The position numbers were made by a program, and so were the translations under genes. Shown piece by piece: positions 30,145-40,653 of a stretch of DNA of 64,000 nucleotides. Position 1 is the first letter of the stretch. Each line of letters begins with the position of its first letter. The DNA is from Mollicutes bacterium. GTDB taxonomy: Bacteria; Bacillota_I; Bacilli_A; RF39; UBA660. The stretch lies in the NCBI GenBank assembly GCA_004552445.1, contig SFOJ01000004.1, forward strand, positions 7,802-71,801, read 5' to 3'. The notes beneath the pieces are model-generated. The model saw nothing but the letters and a program-made list of their open reading frames with translations, made no database searches and was not told where the DNA came from.

Positions 30145-31631
30145 TATTTTCTTTCTTTCATAGTTGGGAACAAAATAACATCTCTAATTGATTCATTTTC
30201 TGTAAAGAACATAACTGTTCTATCAATTCCATATCCAATACCACCAGCTGGAGGCATACCATATTCTAATGCTTCTACAAAATCCATATCAATATCATTA
30301 GCTTCTTCATTTCCAAGTTCTTGTTCTTTTAATTGATTTTCAAATCTTTCTAATTGGTCTACTGGATCATTAAGTTCAGTATATGCATTTGCCATTTCTT
30401 TTCCACCTACAAATAATTCAAATCTTTGAACGAATCTTGGATCTTTTGGATCTTTTTTAGTAAGTGGACTTATTTCGATTGGATGTCCGCATAAGAATGT
30501 TGGTTGAATTAGTGTTTCTTCTACATACTTTTCAAAAAATTTATTTACTATATGACCAAATACTTTTTCATGTTCTTCTAATTCAATATTATGTTCTTTA
30601 CATAATTTTAATAAATCTTCTAGCTCCCATTCTTTGCTGAAATCTATTCCTGTTTGTTCTTTTATTGCATCTACCATTGTTACTCTTCTAAAACTTGGTC
30701 CAAGGTCTATATTATTGCCTCTCCAGTTAAATACTTCTTTATTAAATACTTCATGAGCAATTGTTTTATATAATGCTTCTGTCATTTCCATCATACCATC
30801 AAGATTTGAATAAGCCAAATAAGCTTCCATAGATGTAAATTCTGGATTGTGTGTTGTATCCATTCCTTCATTTCTAAATAATCTTCCAATTTCATATACT
30901 GCTTCAAGTCCACCTACTAATAATCTCTTAAGAGGTAACTCTAGAGCTATACGAAGGTACATATCTAAATCTTGAGCATTATGATGTGTTACGAATGGTC
31001 TTGCACTTGCTCCTGTTAAAAGTGTACTAAGAACTGGTGTTTCAACTTCTAAGAACCCTCTTCCATCCATAAATCTTCTCATGCAACTGATTATTTTTGA
31101 TCTATATATTGCTGTTTTCTTTGATTCATCGTTCATAATTAAATCAACATAACGTCTTCTATATCTTTCTTCTACATCAGTTAGTCCATGAAATTTTTCT
31201 GGTAATGGTTTTAATGCTTTAACAAGTGGAGTATATTTTAAACATTTAATAGTTAATTCTCCAGTTTTAGTTTTCATTACTTTACCATATATACCTACGA
31301 TATCACCTATATCAGCACTTTTAAATAAAGTATATGCTTCTTCACCTATATCATTAATTGAAATATATATTTGAATTGATCCGGTTTTGTCATTGATACT
31401 AAAGAATGATGCTTTACCCATTTTACGAATAAACATAATTCTTCCTGCTACTGTAGCAGTATCAGTCATATTTTCAAATTCTTCATGACTAATTGTAGCG
31501 TATTTTTCTTTTAAATCTGCAGCGAAACTGTCTCTATCATATCTATCACCGAATGGATCAAGTCCAGCTTCACGAAGCTTTTCAGCTTTTTCACGTCTAA
31601 TTAATTCTTGCTCTGTAAATTGTCTTTCCAT
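30144..31631 (-). CDS. lysS: lysyl-tRNA synthetase, class II
   Basis: OB-fold N-domain, FRNEG motif 2, GGIGYGIDR motif 3. Confidence 0.95.
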   Translation of the reverse strand: MERQFTEQELIRREKAEKLREAGLDPFGDRYDRDSFAADLKEKYATISHEEFENMTDTATVAGRIMFIRKMGKASFFSINDKTGSIQIYISINDIGEEAYTLFKSADIGDIVGIYGKVMKTKTGELTIKCLKYTPLVKALKPLPEKFHGLTDVEERYRRRYVDLIMNDESKKTAIYRSKIISCMRRFMDGRGFLEVETPVLSTLLTGASARPFVTHHNAQDLDMYLRIALELPLKRLLVGGLEAVYEIGRLFRNEGMDTTHNPEFTSMEAYLAYSNLDGMMEMTEALYKTIAHEVFNKEVFNWRGNNIDLGPSFRRVTMVDAIKEQTGIDFSKEWELEDLLKLCKEHNIELEEHEKVFGHIVNKFFEKYVEETLIQPTFLCGHPIEISPLTKKDPKDPRFVQRFELFVGGKEMANAYTELNDPVDQLERFENQLKEQELGNEEANDIDMDFVEALEYGMPPAGGIGYGIDRTVMFFTENESIRDVILFPTMKERK

Positions 31632-31635
31632 ATTT

Positions 31636-32364
31636 TCATTTCCTCCTTAATTTTAAACTTTCATCTTGAATTCTTAGATATTCCATAAAATCATCTAAAA
31701 ATTCAAAAGTTAAGTCTTTATTTTTTTCTTTTTCTTGTTTATATATTGTTTTTAAAATATTTAATGCATTATCATTATTTTCATTTACAACTAATGATAT
31801 TTGTTTATTTGATACTGGTGTATTACTTTTGGTATGCATATTAAATTCTTCTACTTCAAAAAAACTACTTACATACCCACAATACATTTTTTCAATGAAT
31901 TCAGGGTCATTTGCTCTTTCTTTTGCTTCATCTATGTCATCGCTTTTATATTGTTCTTTTTCAGTAATATCTAATACTAAAAGTACATTTTGCTTCATAA
32001 ATATACTCATATATTCAAATGCTCTTTCAATATTTTCTTTTGTATGAATTTTTCCTGTTTTAAATATTTCTTTATATTCATCAATAGCTTTACGTATACC
32101 AATTGAATCTATTTTTGATTTTGATAATAGATAGTCATCCATACCATATCCATATATTATCCAGTTAATCCATACGTCACATATTCTTAAGAATCCTATA
32201 TTCCCTTTTGAAAAGAATACTTTTTTAGTTTTTTCTATTCCTTTAGAATTATTGCCTATCATAGGTATAAGACCCAATTCTTCTATTTGGCTAATATTTC
32301 TTTTATCCGTAAAGTGAAATAAAGTTTTATTAGCATCTAGATCTTTTAATTCTATGGTTTTCAT
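31636..32364 (-). CDS. hypothetical 242-aa cytoplasmic protein embedded between aspS and lysS
   Basis: ATG directly follows the aspS TGA; its last codons carry the lysS SD (AAGGAGG); no family recognised with confidence. Confidence 0.7.
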   Translation of the reverse strand: MKTIELKDLDANKTLFHFTDKRNISQIEELGLIPMIGNNSKGIEKTKKVFFSKGNIGFLRICDVWINWIIYGYGMDDYLLSKSKIDSIGIRKAIDEYKEIFKTGKIHTKENIERAFEYMSIFMKQNVLLVLDITEKEQYKSDDIDEAKERANDPEFIEKMYCGYVSSFFEVEEFNMHTKSNTPVSNKQISLVVNENNDNALNILKTIYKQEKEKNKDLTFEFLDDFMEYLRIQDESLKLRRK

Positions 32365-34104
32365 TCAGTCTCTTACCTTAATATGTGTTTCTCTTAGTTG
32401 TTTTTCAAATACTTCATTTGGACAACCCATTAGTGCATCTGCACCATTTGCTGCCATTGGAAATGCTACCATTTCACGAATGTTTTCTTCGTCTTTTAGA
32501 AGCATAAGTATTCTATCAAGTCCAGGAGCCATACCTGCATGAGGAGGTGCTCCGAATTGGAATGCTTGATATAATGATGGGAATTTACTTTCTACTACAC
32601 TTTCATCATATCCGGCAATTTCAAATGCTTTTTTAAGAATAGTTGGACTATAGTTTCTCTCTCCACCACTTGCCATTTCAAGACCATTACATACGAAGTC
32701 ATATTGACATGCTACTATATCCCCTGGATTCATATTTAATAATGCATCCATTCCACCATTTGGCATGCTAAATGGATTATGTGTGAAATCCCATTTATTA
32801 TCTTCTTCATTCCATTCATAGAATGGGAAGTCTACGATAATACAAAATTCATATTTATTTTTATCTATTAAATTTAATTCATTTCCTAGTTTTAATCTTA
32901 ATGAGCCACAAAGCTTATCAAATTTTTCACCTTTAGTTCCACAAGCTATAACTACTACATTACCTTGATCAAGTTTTAATGATTTTTTTAATTCTTCTTT
33001 TTCAGTGTCACTAAATAATTTAGCCATTGAACCAGTTATTTCACCATTATCAAGTTTTATAAATCCTAAAGAAGAAAGTCCTAAAGATTTGTATTCTTCT
33101 TCCAGTTTTTTATACCAAGAATTTGATTTATCACTACTTGGTAGTACACATACTTTTACTTCTTTATCTTTAAATACTATACTTTCTGAGTTTGATAATA
33201 GACTTGTAATATTTTCAATAGTAAAAGGTATTCTTAGGTCTGGTTTATCACTACCATATTTTTCCATTGCTTCTTTGAATGGTATTCTTCTAAATGGAAC
33301 ACTTGATACTTCTTTATTACCAAATTTTTCAAATACATCGTGAAATACTCTTTGCCCCACCTCGAATACATCTTCTTGTGTTGCAAAAGACATTTCAAAA
33401 TCTAATTGATAAAATTCTCCATAAAGTCTATCGCTTCTTGGATCTTCATCTCTAAAACATGGTGCAATTTGAAAATATCTATCAAAGCCACTACACATTA
33501 ATAATTGTTTAAATATTTGTGGTGCTTGAGGTAGCGCATAAAATTTTCCTTTAAATTTTCTACTTGGTACTATGAAGTCTCTTGCTCCTTCTGGACTAGA
33601 TGCTGTTAATATTGGTGTTTGAATCTCAGTAAAATTCATATCTTTCATAGTGTATCTAATAAAATCTATTACTTCTGTTCTAAATTTAATACCATCATGA
33701 ACACTTTTATTTCTTAAATCTAAATAACGATATTTTAGTCTTGTTTCTTCACTTGAAGATTTACTATTTTTAACTTCAAATGGAAGTGTTCTATATACGT
33801 CTCCTAATACTTCAATAGTTTTAATTTCTACTTCTATTTCACCAGTTTTCATATTCTTATTTACCATATCTGGTGTTCTAGGCTTTACAATACCTGTAAC
33901 TGTTGCAGTAGATTCACGATTTAATTTAGCATATTCAACATTATTAGAAATTAATTGTACGATACCTGTTTCATCTCTTAATGTAATGAATACTAAACCA
34001 CCTAGATTACGAACTGTTTCAATCCATCCTGCTAGTCTTACTTCTTTGTTTTCATACTCTTTTGTAACTTCACCGCAATATACGTTTCTGTACTTATTTT
34101 CCAT
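32365..34104 (-). CDS. aspS: aspartyl-tRNA synthetase (bacterial type)
   Basis: FRDEDPRSDR motif 2, GMAPGLDR motif 3, GAD insertion. Confidence 0.95.
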   Translation of the reverse strand: MENKYRNVYCGEVTKEYENKEVRLAGWIETVRNLGGLVFITLRDETGIVQLISNNVEYAKLNRESTATVTGIVKPRTPDMVNKNMKTGEIEVEIKTIEVLGDVYRTLPFEVKNSKSSSEETRLKYRYLDLRNKSVHDGIKFRTEVIDFIRYTMKDMNFTEIQTPILTASSPEGARDFIVPSRKFKGKFYALPQAPQIFKQLLMCSGFDRYFQIAPCFRDEDPRSDRLYGEFYQLDFEMSFATQEDVFEVGQRVFHDVFEKFGNKEVSSVPFRRIPFKEAMEKYGSDKPDLRIPFTIENITSLLSNSESIVFKDKEVKVCVLPSSDKSNSWYKKLEEEYKSLGLSSLGFIKLDNGEITGSMAKLFSDTEKEELKKSLKLDQGNVVVIACGTKGEKFDKLCGSLRLKLGNELNLIDKNKYEFCIIVDFPFYEWNEEDNKWDFTHNPFSMPNGGMDALLNMNPGDIVACQYDFVCNGLEMASGGERNYSPTILKKAFEIAGYDESVVESKFPSLYQAFQFGAPPHAGMAPGLDRILMLLKDEENIREMVAFPMAANGADALMGCPNEVFEKQLRETHIKVRD

Positions 34105-34376
34105 AAACTCAACTCCTTCTAATAAAAAAAGAACCTATTCGTAAGAGCGTTTTTGTACGCTGTACCATCTTACTTCATAGATTCTCATAAATTCTATCTT
34201 TTGGTCTTTATAGCTGACATGCTTATTAGCTCCAGAAAATTGTCACGTTTTTTCTTCATTATTTATTTATTATTAGTTTCCACCAGCCACTAACTCTCTA
34301 TTAAGGGAAATAAATAACTACTACTTTCCTTCATTGCTTATGAGTAGATTATAGTTTATTCGTTGGTTTTTGTCAA
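34105..34376 (-). promoter_or_regulatory. T-box leader (Asp) with consensus promoter
   Basis: TTGACA(34371-34376)-17-TATAAT(34348-34353); AGAGAG, AGTGG, GGTGGAAAC; GAC-A specifier at 34242-34244; T-box AGATGGTACAGCG; hairpin and T-run before the SD. Confidence 0.85.
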
Positions 34377-34380
34377 TATT

Positions 34381-35019
34381 TTATTTATTTTTTAATAACA
34401 TTCTAACTGAACTTGTACTATCTAGTTTTTCAAATGTATCAATATCATATATTGGTACATTATATCCAAATCTATCTAATGCTTTATTGATTGAATCTAA
34501 ATCCATCATTATTTTTGCGATAGTTGCTCTCTCACCTATTTCATCATCTATAGATAAGTGGGTTGGATAAGTAAGAGCAGTTAAACTTGCTAGTGGTATT
34601 TTATTCTTGACTTGTACTTCATCAGGCATATCAGTATATCTTCTATCGCCCTTAATCTCACCGAGTTTTTTCATTTTCATAAATCCTTCTTTGCTTATTG
34701 CGTATATATCACTTAAAATTATCGGTTCAATTACTGACAATTCATTTTTAGGAAAAACTAATGAAAGAGAATATCTTATATATGTATGAAAAGCGTTATA
34801 CTTGCCATCTTCACCTTTTTTAATATCTTTTTTTGTGTAATCACACAATGAAATATAGTCTTTTCCATTGAAGCCATCCGTTGATAATTTTCTTTGTAAT
34901 CTTGATGATAATAATGCCCCACATTTTAGTATTTTACAAAGTATTTGATATGTTTCAATTGTTGGATAGTTATCATCTGATGTTGCATTTATTGCATGTA
35001 AGTAGATATTCTTTTCCAT
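34381..35019 (-). CDS. hypothetical 212-aa cytoplasmic protein
   Basis: Clean ORF with no TM or signal; family not recognised. Confidence 0.6.
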   Translation of the reverse strand: MEKNIYLHAINATSDDNYPTIETYQILCKILKCGALLSSRLQRKLSTDGFNGKDYISLCDYTKKDIKKGEDGKYNAFHTYIRYSLSLVFPKNELSVIEPIILSDIYAISKEGFMKMKKLGEIKGDRRYTDMPDEVQVKNKIPLASLTALTYPTHLSIDDEIGERATIAKIMMDLDSINKALDRFGYNVPIYDIDTFEKLDSTSSVRMLLKNK

Positions 35020-35039
35020 ATTAATCCCCCTAAAATATT

Positions 35040-35615
35040 CTATTTTTTTAACTTTTTAATGTAATTGTTAACTCTTTGTGGCCACTTTGGATCACTTGCA
35101 TATTTTGGACCAATTTGTTCTGTTGTAGTTAATCCTTTTTTATAATAAGAATTAAGTTTATTTATAGCGAATTTAATTCCTTCTTCAATGGTATCAAATC
35201 TTCTATAACTTCCTCCATTACAACCAGGTTTTCCTTTGTTGCCTCCTACGTTATTACATACTCTAGTTAAATAGCTACATCTCCAATAACAACCAGTTTC
35301 TTGCAACATTACTCCTGCTGCTAGGTAAGGATCCATTCCAACTGATATAGAATATTCAGTAATAAATTTACCTTTTCCTTTTAATGTAGAATTTAAATAT
35401 CTATCTATTTTATTTGCAATGACATCTATCTTTTCTCCATTAAAATAATTCTCTTTCTTATAATCTTCATGTTCACTTTGGAAATGTTTTACACTTAACT
35501 CAATTTGTTTATTTAAATAATCATGATTTATTTCCATGTTGTTTCTTTTATTAAATATACCACCAAATAAAGTAAGTGCTACTAATAATTTATATATCAT
35601 ATATTGTATATTCAC
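35040..35615 (-). CDS. membrane-anchored glucosaminidase/lysozyme-like domain protein
   Basis: N-terminal anchor; AAGVMLQETG...NNVGGNKG resembles the FlgJ/LytD glucosaminidase core (by eye). Confidence 0.45.
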   Translation of the reverse strand: MNIQYMIYKLLVALTLFGGIFNKRNNMEINHDYLNKQIELSVKHFQSEHEDYKKENYFNGEKIDVIANKIDRYLNSTLKGKGKFITEYSISVGMDPYLAAGVMLQETGCYWRCSYLTRVCNNVGGNKGKPGCNGGSYRRFDTIEEGIKFAINKLNSYYKKGLTTTEQIGPKYASDPKWPQRVNNYIKKLKK

Positions 35616-35715
35616 TCCTTAATGGGCAAGTGCTATTTATTATATCACTTTTAACATTATTAATCAAATTTGACTATTTTATGCGACATAAAAAGAAAAA
35701 AGCAACATTTGTTGC

Positions 35716-36471
35716 TTATTTTAAATTGAATATACTTAATATATCTTTTGGAAGTTTACCATCCCATTTATTAATAAATTCTTTGGCAATTAAATTATCT
35801 GTTAAACTTTGCTTTAACAAGTCATTTGCTTTTTTAGTAGCTTGTGCTTCAACTAATTTACTTTCTGCATCTAATTTTGCTTTTTCTAGTTTTTGCTCTG
35901 CTACTTGTTTATCTTCAATTGCTTTACTATATTCTTCACTAAAACTTAGATTTGTAATATTAAAGTTATCAATTGTGATGCCATATTTATCTACTTTAGA
36001 CTGTAAATCTTCCATACAATTTTTAGATACGTTTGCTCTTTCAGTAATTACTTCAGCTGCTGTATACTTAGCTATAGTTGCTTTAATACTTTCTTTTATA
36101 GCTGGTTCTAAAATTGTGCTTTCATAATTATTACCTACTGTTCTATATAAATGTGTTGCTTTGTCACTATTAATTCTATAGTTTACTGCTAAAGTTGTCT
36201 CTATAGTTTGTAAGTCTTTGCTTGAACTTTCAGTATTTAGTTCAATCTTTTGGACTTTTATATTTACTTTAACTATTTGTTCTATATATGGTATTTTAAG
36301 ATTCAATCCTTCATTTAATTGAGTGTTTACTATTTTACCAAATCTGACTTTTAATCCTACCTCCCCTGACTTTATAGTTTGAAAACTACAAAATATAGTT
36401 ACAACTATAAATATTGCGATAACTGTATAGATAACATATTTTTTTGTATTAGTTTTGTTTATATACTTCAT
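35716..36471 (-). CDS. SPFH/band-7 (prohibitin-like) membrane protein
   Basis: N-terminal TM, SGEVGLKVRFGK start, coiled-coil C-terminus. Confidence 0.8.
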   Translation of the reverse strand: MKYINKTNTKKYVIYTVIAIFIVVTIFCSFQTIKSGEVGLKVRFGKIVNTQLNEGLNLKIPYIEQIVKVNIKVQKIELNTESSSKDLQTIETTLAVNYRINSDKATHLYRTVGNNYESTILEPAIKESIKATIAKYTAAEVITERANVSKNCMEDLQSKVDKYGITIDNFNITNLSFSEEYSKAIEDKQVAEQKLEKAKLDAESKLVEAQATKKANDLLKQSLTDNLIAKEFINKWDGKLPKDILSIFNLK

Positions 36472-36521
36472 ATAACCCTCCTTATAATTTTATTATAAGT
36501 TATATACGTTTACTTGTCTAT

Positions 36522-37205
36522 TTATTTTAAGAAATATTTTTCTTTTATAGTTAAATTATCATCTAACTCATAAACATAAGGTATTCCAGTAGGTATTTCT
36601 ACATTCATGATGTCTTCATCACTAATATTTTCTAAGTATTTAATTATGCTTCTAAGACTATTACCATGAGCTACTACTAAAACATTTTCTTTATTTTCTA
36701 AATGTTTTTTAATTTCGTTATTATAATATGGAAGGACTCTTTCTAAAGTGTCTTTTAAACATTCTGTAAGGGGTAACTCTTCGGGAGTTAAATCTTTATA
36801 TTTAGGATCATTTCCTGGATATCTTTCATCATCTTTAGAAAGTTCTGGTGGTCTTACATCATAACTACGTCTCCATATGTGTACTTGCTCATCTCCAAAT
36901 TTCTTTCTCATTTCATCTTTATTTAATCCTTGAAGTGCTCCATAATGTCTTTCATTTAATCTATAACTATAATATACTGGAATATTAAGATTCATTTCTT
37001 TTAATACTATTTCTAGCGTTCTATTTGCTCTTTTTAGTATTGAAGTAAAAGAAACATCAAAAATGTAACCTTTATCTTTTAATAATTTTCCTGCATTTTC
37101 TGCTTCTTTTACTCCTTTTTCTGATAAGTCTACATCTGTCCATCCAGTGAATCTATTTTCTTTATTCCATACACTTTCTCCATGTCTTAATAATACTAAC
37201 TTCAT
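36522..37205 (-). CDS. gpmA: 2,3-bisphosphoglycerate-dependent phosphoglycerate mutase
   Basis: [33 protein letters not shown]. Confidence 0.9.
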   Translation of the reverse strand: MKLVLLRHGESVWNKENRFTGWTDVDLSEKGVKEAENAGKLLKDKGYIFDVSFTSILKRANRTLEIVLKEMNLNIPVYYSYRLNERHYGALQGLNKDEMRKKFGDEQVHIWRRSYDVRPPELSKDDERYPGNDPKYKDLTPEELPLTECLKDTLERVLPYYNNEIKKHLENKENVLVVAHGNSLRSIIKYLENISDEDIMNVEIPTGIPYVYELDDNLTIKEKYFLK

Positions 37206-37996
37206 TTTTCCTCCTTTAATAGTTTATCTAGTTCTTCTCCTATTTTATAACCTTTAACGTAGAAATCATTTAAACTAATTTTATCTACATAATTCATTCT
37301 ATAACAAATTTCTAAAGTAGTATATCCTTTATAATTTGCAATCTTTAATCCATTTATTACTTTGTTATAATCAAGTGTTCCATCATATGGTAATAAATGA
37401 TCATCAATATTACCATAATTATCATGTATATGCACGCAGAATATCTTATCTTTAAACAAACTAAAATCAAAATCATCTTTAAAATGGCAATGATAATGTC
37501 CTGAATCAAAACAAATTCCTACATTATCATTTTTAATGTTTTTAAGTAAATATTCTAGATATCCTTTCATCTTTGTATTTTCAAATGCGACTTTTATACC
37601 TAGTTTTTCTGCATAATCACATATTTTTTGATATCTTCTGAGTCCTATTTCATTTGGTTCTACTGTATCCCAACCTATTGATGCATGCATTACAACCATA
37701 TCTATATTATTATTTTTACATTCATCTAAGTTTCTTAGATATTTTTTTTCTAATTGTTCTCCTATCTCATTATCTAACCATATATTATTTAAATCTTTAT
37801 ATCCTAGATGTGCAAATATTATATTTAAATTTTTACTTTTTATATATTTAAGTTGTTCTTCTTGTGAAACTTCGAAATTTTGATCGTACCATTGTATAAA
37901 AACATTTTTAAATCCAGCATTTACTACTGCATCTATGGTTTCATATACTGTTACTGTCTTATTGTCATTAGTAATACAAACTGCTAAATTATTCAT
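37202..37996 (-). CDS. xylose-isomerase-like TIM-barrel (sugar phosphate isomerase/epimerase) protein
   Basis: Size, FENT and DSGH...HIHDN metal-site pattern. Confidence 0.6.
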   Translation of the reverse strand: MNNLAVCITNDNKTVTVYETIDAVVNAGFKNVFIQWYDQNFEVSQEEQLKYIKSKNLNIIFAHLGYKDLNNIWLDNEIGEQLEKKYLRNLDECKNNNIDMVVMHASIGWDTVEPNEIGLRRYQKICDYAEKLGIKVAFENTKMKGYLEYLLKNIKNDNVGICFDSGHYHCHFKDDFDFSLFKDKIFCVHIHDNYGNIDDHLLPYDGTLDYNKVINGLKIANYKGYTTLEICYRMNYVDKISLNDFYVKGYKIGEELDKLLKEEK

Positions 37997-38039
37997 TATT
38001 TCCTACCTTTCTATATTGATTATAACATATTTTATTGAA

Positions 38040-38447
38040 CTAATTATCTTTTAATATTTCAATATTTATAATATCATTTATATAAACTGTGGAATTGTCT
38101 GTAAATTTAATTTTAGATTCAACTGGGTTTATTATTTTTATAATACCTGTTTTATGAATATAATTTCCGCCTGATTTTTTCTCATCTTTTATAAAATATG
38201 TAATTATTACTTTGTTATTATCTTTTATATGATCATTTAAATAATTTAATTTGTTACTTATTATTACTTTTAATTCATCATCTATTTCTATTCTTTTATC
38301 TGTAATTCTTGCTGTTTCTTTTATAGCACTATCATATCCTACTAATGCAGCAAATGGAGCAAACTGGGCTGCTCTTGATTCTACACTTAAATGAGAATGG
38401 TTAGATTTTGGCCTTTCTAAATTAATAATATCTTCATAATTATTCAT
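38040..38447 (-). CDS. YolD-like protein
   Basis: RAAQFAPFAALVGYD motif; overlaps and follows the Y-family polymerase. Confidence 0.75.
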   Translation of the reverse strand: MNNYEDIINLERPKSNHSHLSVESRAAQFAPFAALVGYDSAIKETARITDKRIEIDDELKVIISNKLNYLNDHIKDNNKVIITYFIKDEKKSGGNYIHKTGIIKIINPVESKIKFTDNSTVYINDIINIEILKDN

Positions 38448-39946
38448 CCTTTATGACCTCCTACTTCTAAGTTTCTATCTTTAGCTGTTGCTCCTTCTTC
38501 ATAATTCATTGCTTTTAAAATAGAATTTTTGCCATATTTTTTCTTAATATTCAATAAAGCTTTTTGTATCTTTTTTTCTTCTATTTCGTCTTTAAGACTT
38601 TTTTCTTTTTGTTTACTTATTTCTTCATAATTAGTAAATAAATCTATTTGCTCTATTATAGATGTTGATTCTTCATTTTCTTCATTTACTATATTACATG
38701 CTGTTACATTAAGTCTTCTTATCAATAAAATAGGATTTACTATTTTATCATATAATTTCATTACTTCATTTGTTATTGTTTTAGTAGATGATGTTTTATG
38801 ATCTATATTTGCTGTTCCGTGAGAATGTTTTGGGACTTTTCTTCCGTATGCATCTATTGTTATTTCTCCTTTATATCTTCTTTCAATACTTGGATTTGTT
38901 AAGTTTTCTATATCGTAGCCTATCGTTAAAACAATTTGATCTGTTTTTAGATGTTTATCTACTAATTCTAATACTAAATTATCTACCATCTCTTTTACTA
39001 TTAATTTTGCCTTTTCAAAATCATATGGACAGTGTAATACTTGTCCTTGACTTATACTGGAATTTAAAGGTTTATAATTCTTAGCATCTTTTATTGTGCA
39101 TGGCTCATATCCCCATGCATGATCTATTAGAAATTCTGCATTTACTCCAAAAAGTTTAAATAAAAAATCTTCATTATTTATAGACATTCTTGCTATATCT
39201 CCCATAGTATACATACCATGTTCTTCTAATTTTTTAGTGTATCCTTTGCCCACTCTCCAAAAATCTGTTAATGGTTTATGGTTCCATAATTCTTTTTTAT
39301 ATTTCATTTCATCTAAATAAGCAATTCTTACACCAAATTTATTAGGTTTCATTCTTTTGGCAGTGATATCCATAGCAACTTTTGCAAGATACATATTTGT
39401 TCCAATACCAGCAGTTGCAGTTATACCGGTTGTCTTATAAACATCTTCAATTATTTTCATTACTAATCCTTCGGCAGACAATTTATAAAAACTTAAATAA
39501 TTTGTAATATCACAAAATACTTCATCAATTGAATAAACTAATATATCCTCTGGTGCAATATATTTTAAGTAAATATTGTATATTTTTGTGCTATATTTCA
39601 TATATAAGTTCATTCTTGGTACTGCAGCAATAAAATCTAATTCTAAAGATTTATTATTATTTAGTTCTGATGCTATAAAAGATTTACCTGTAAAATTCTT
39701 ATAATTATTATTTTTTCTTCTTTGATAATTTACTTCTTTTACTTTTTGCTTTGCTTCAAAAAGTCTACATCTCCCACCTAAACCATAAGATTTTAATGAA
39801 GGTGATACAGCTAAACATATAGTTTTATCTGTTCTTGATTCATCTGCTACTAAAAGATTAGTATCAAGTGGATCTAAGTTTCTTTCTATACATTCTACAG
39901 ATGCATAAAAACTTTTTAAATCTATACACATATATACTTTAGACAT
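38444..39946 (-). CDS. Y-family DNA polymerase (UmuC/ImpB-like)
   Basis: YMCIDLKSFYASVE N-terminus, SIDEVF motif. Confidence 0.85.
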   Translation of the reverse strand: MSKVYMCIDLKSFYASVECIERNLDPLDTNLLVADESRTDKTICLAVSPSLKSYGLGGRCRLFEAKQKVKEVNYQRRKNNNYKNFTGKSFIASELNNNKSLELDFIAAVPRMNLYMKYSTKIYNIYLKYIAPEDILVYSIDEVFCDITNYLSFYKLSAEGLVMKIIEDVYKTTGITATAGIGTNMYLAKVAMDITAKRMKPNKFGVRIAYLDEMKYKKELWNHKPLTDFWRVGKGYTKKLEEHGMYTMGDIARMSINNEDFLFKLFGVNAEFLIDHAWGYEPCTIKDAKNYKPLNSSISQGQVLHCPYDFEKAKLIVKEMVDNLVLELVDKHLKTDQIVLTIGYDIENLTNPSIERRYKGEITIDAYGRKVPKHSHGTANIDHKTSSTKTITNEVMKLYDKIVNPILLIRRLNVTACNIVNEENEESTSIIEQIDLFTNYEEISKQKEKSLKDEIEEKKIQKALLNIKKKYGKNSILKAMNYEEGATAKDRNLEVGGHKG

Positions 39947-40029
39947 TTTTCACCTCCATTAATTAATTTATTTATCTTTTCATATAAAATATTATAACAT
40001 TTTAATTTTCTTTAATGCTAATAATTTTG

Positions 40030-40061
40030 AATAAATAAAAACTAATTATTTCTAATTAGTT
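40030..40061 (-). terminator. intrinsic terminator after the DUF1697 gene
   Basis: AACTAATTA-gaaa-TAATTAGTT, then TTTTTATTT on the minus strand. Confidence 0.65.
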
Positions 40062-40075
40062 AAAATAATTATATA

Positions 40076-40618
40076 TTATTTTTTAGATATTTCTATTAAT
40101 TTTTTTACTGTATTTGCTGTCCTTATAGTTATTTTATCCTTAATATCTGTATTTGCTGTTTTTACCCACCAATTAGATTTTCTATAATTTTTTAAATTGA
40201 ATGACCAAAATACATAATTATTAAGTTCTTTTATTTTTTCTATTTCTTCTTTCGGCTCACCTATCGCATTATAAATATCTTTATATTTAGTAGGTGGTAT
40301 TATGAATATTAAATTATCATATACTTCCTTATTATTTGTTCCCCACCATTCTGGACAATTATTTAATAGTCTCTCTAGTTCACTAGGAATTGTAACAAAA
40401 ACTGGTATATCCAAATTAAAAGTATCTTTTATTATTTTATTAATATTATTTGCAATCTCTTCTTTAGTGAATTCACTTTCTAAAATAATATTACCACTAT
40501 TAAGATAAGTAATTACATTTGTATAATTATTTTTTTCTAGAATATTCTTAAGTTTAATCATAGATATTTTATTTTTACCACTTATATTTATTCCTCTTAA
40601 TAAAACTATATATTTCAT
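40076..40618 (-). CDS. DUF1697 protein
   Basis: MKYIVLLRGINISGKNKISM start typical of DUF1697. Confidence 0.7.
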   Translation of the reverse strand: MKYIVLLRGINISGKNKISMIKLKNILEKNNYTNVITYLNSGNIILESEFTKEEIANNINKIIKDTFNLDIPVFVTIPSELERLLNNCPEWWGTNNKEVYDNLIFIIPPTKYKDIYNAIGEPKEEIEKIKELNNYVFWSFNLKNYRKSNWWVKTANTDIKDKITIRTANTVKKLIEISKK

Positions 40619-40653
40619 AGTTTACCTACTTTCCAATTTATAATTATATCTTA

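Noticed and set aside
35576-36127. 183-aa plus-strand ORF
   Set aside because: Antisense to the SPFH/band-7 gene, L/S/F-rich, no SD. The same reasoning rejects the other plus-strand shadow ORFs: 1656-1856, 4933-5172, 6632-7015, 9526-9741, 10210-10467, 17279-17593, 25028-25617, 29777-30163, 33005-33343, 42616-42954 and 63048-63455.
39947-40075. LexA (Cheo box GAAC-N4-GTTC) upstream of the Y-polymerase/YolD pair
   Set aside because: No such motif is present in the upstream region. The only palindrome there is the DUF1697 terminator.
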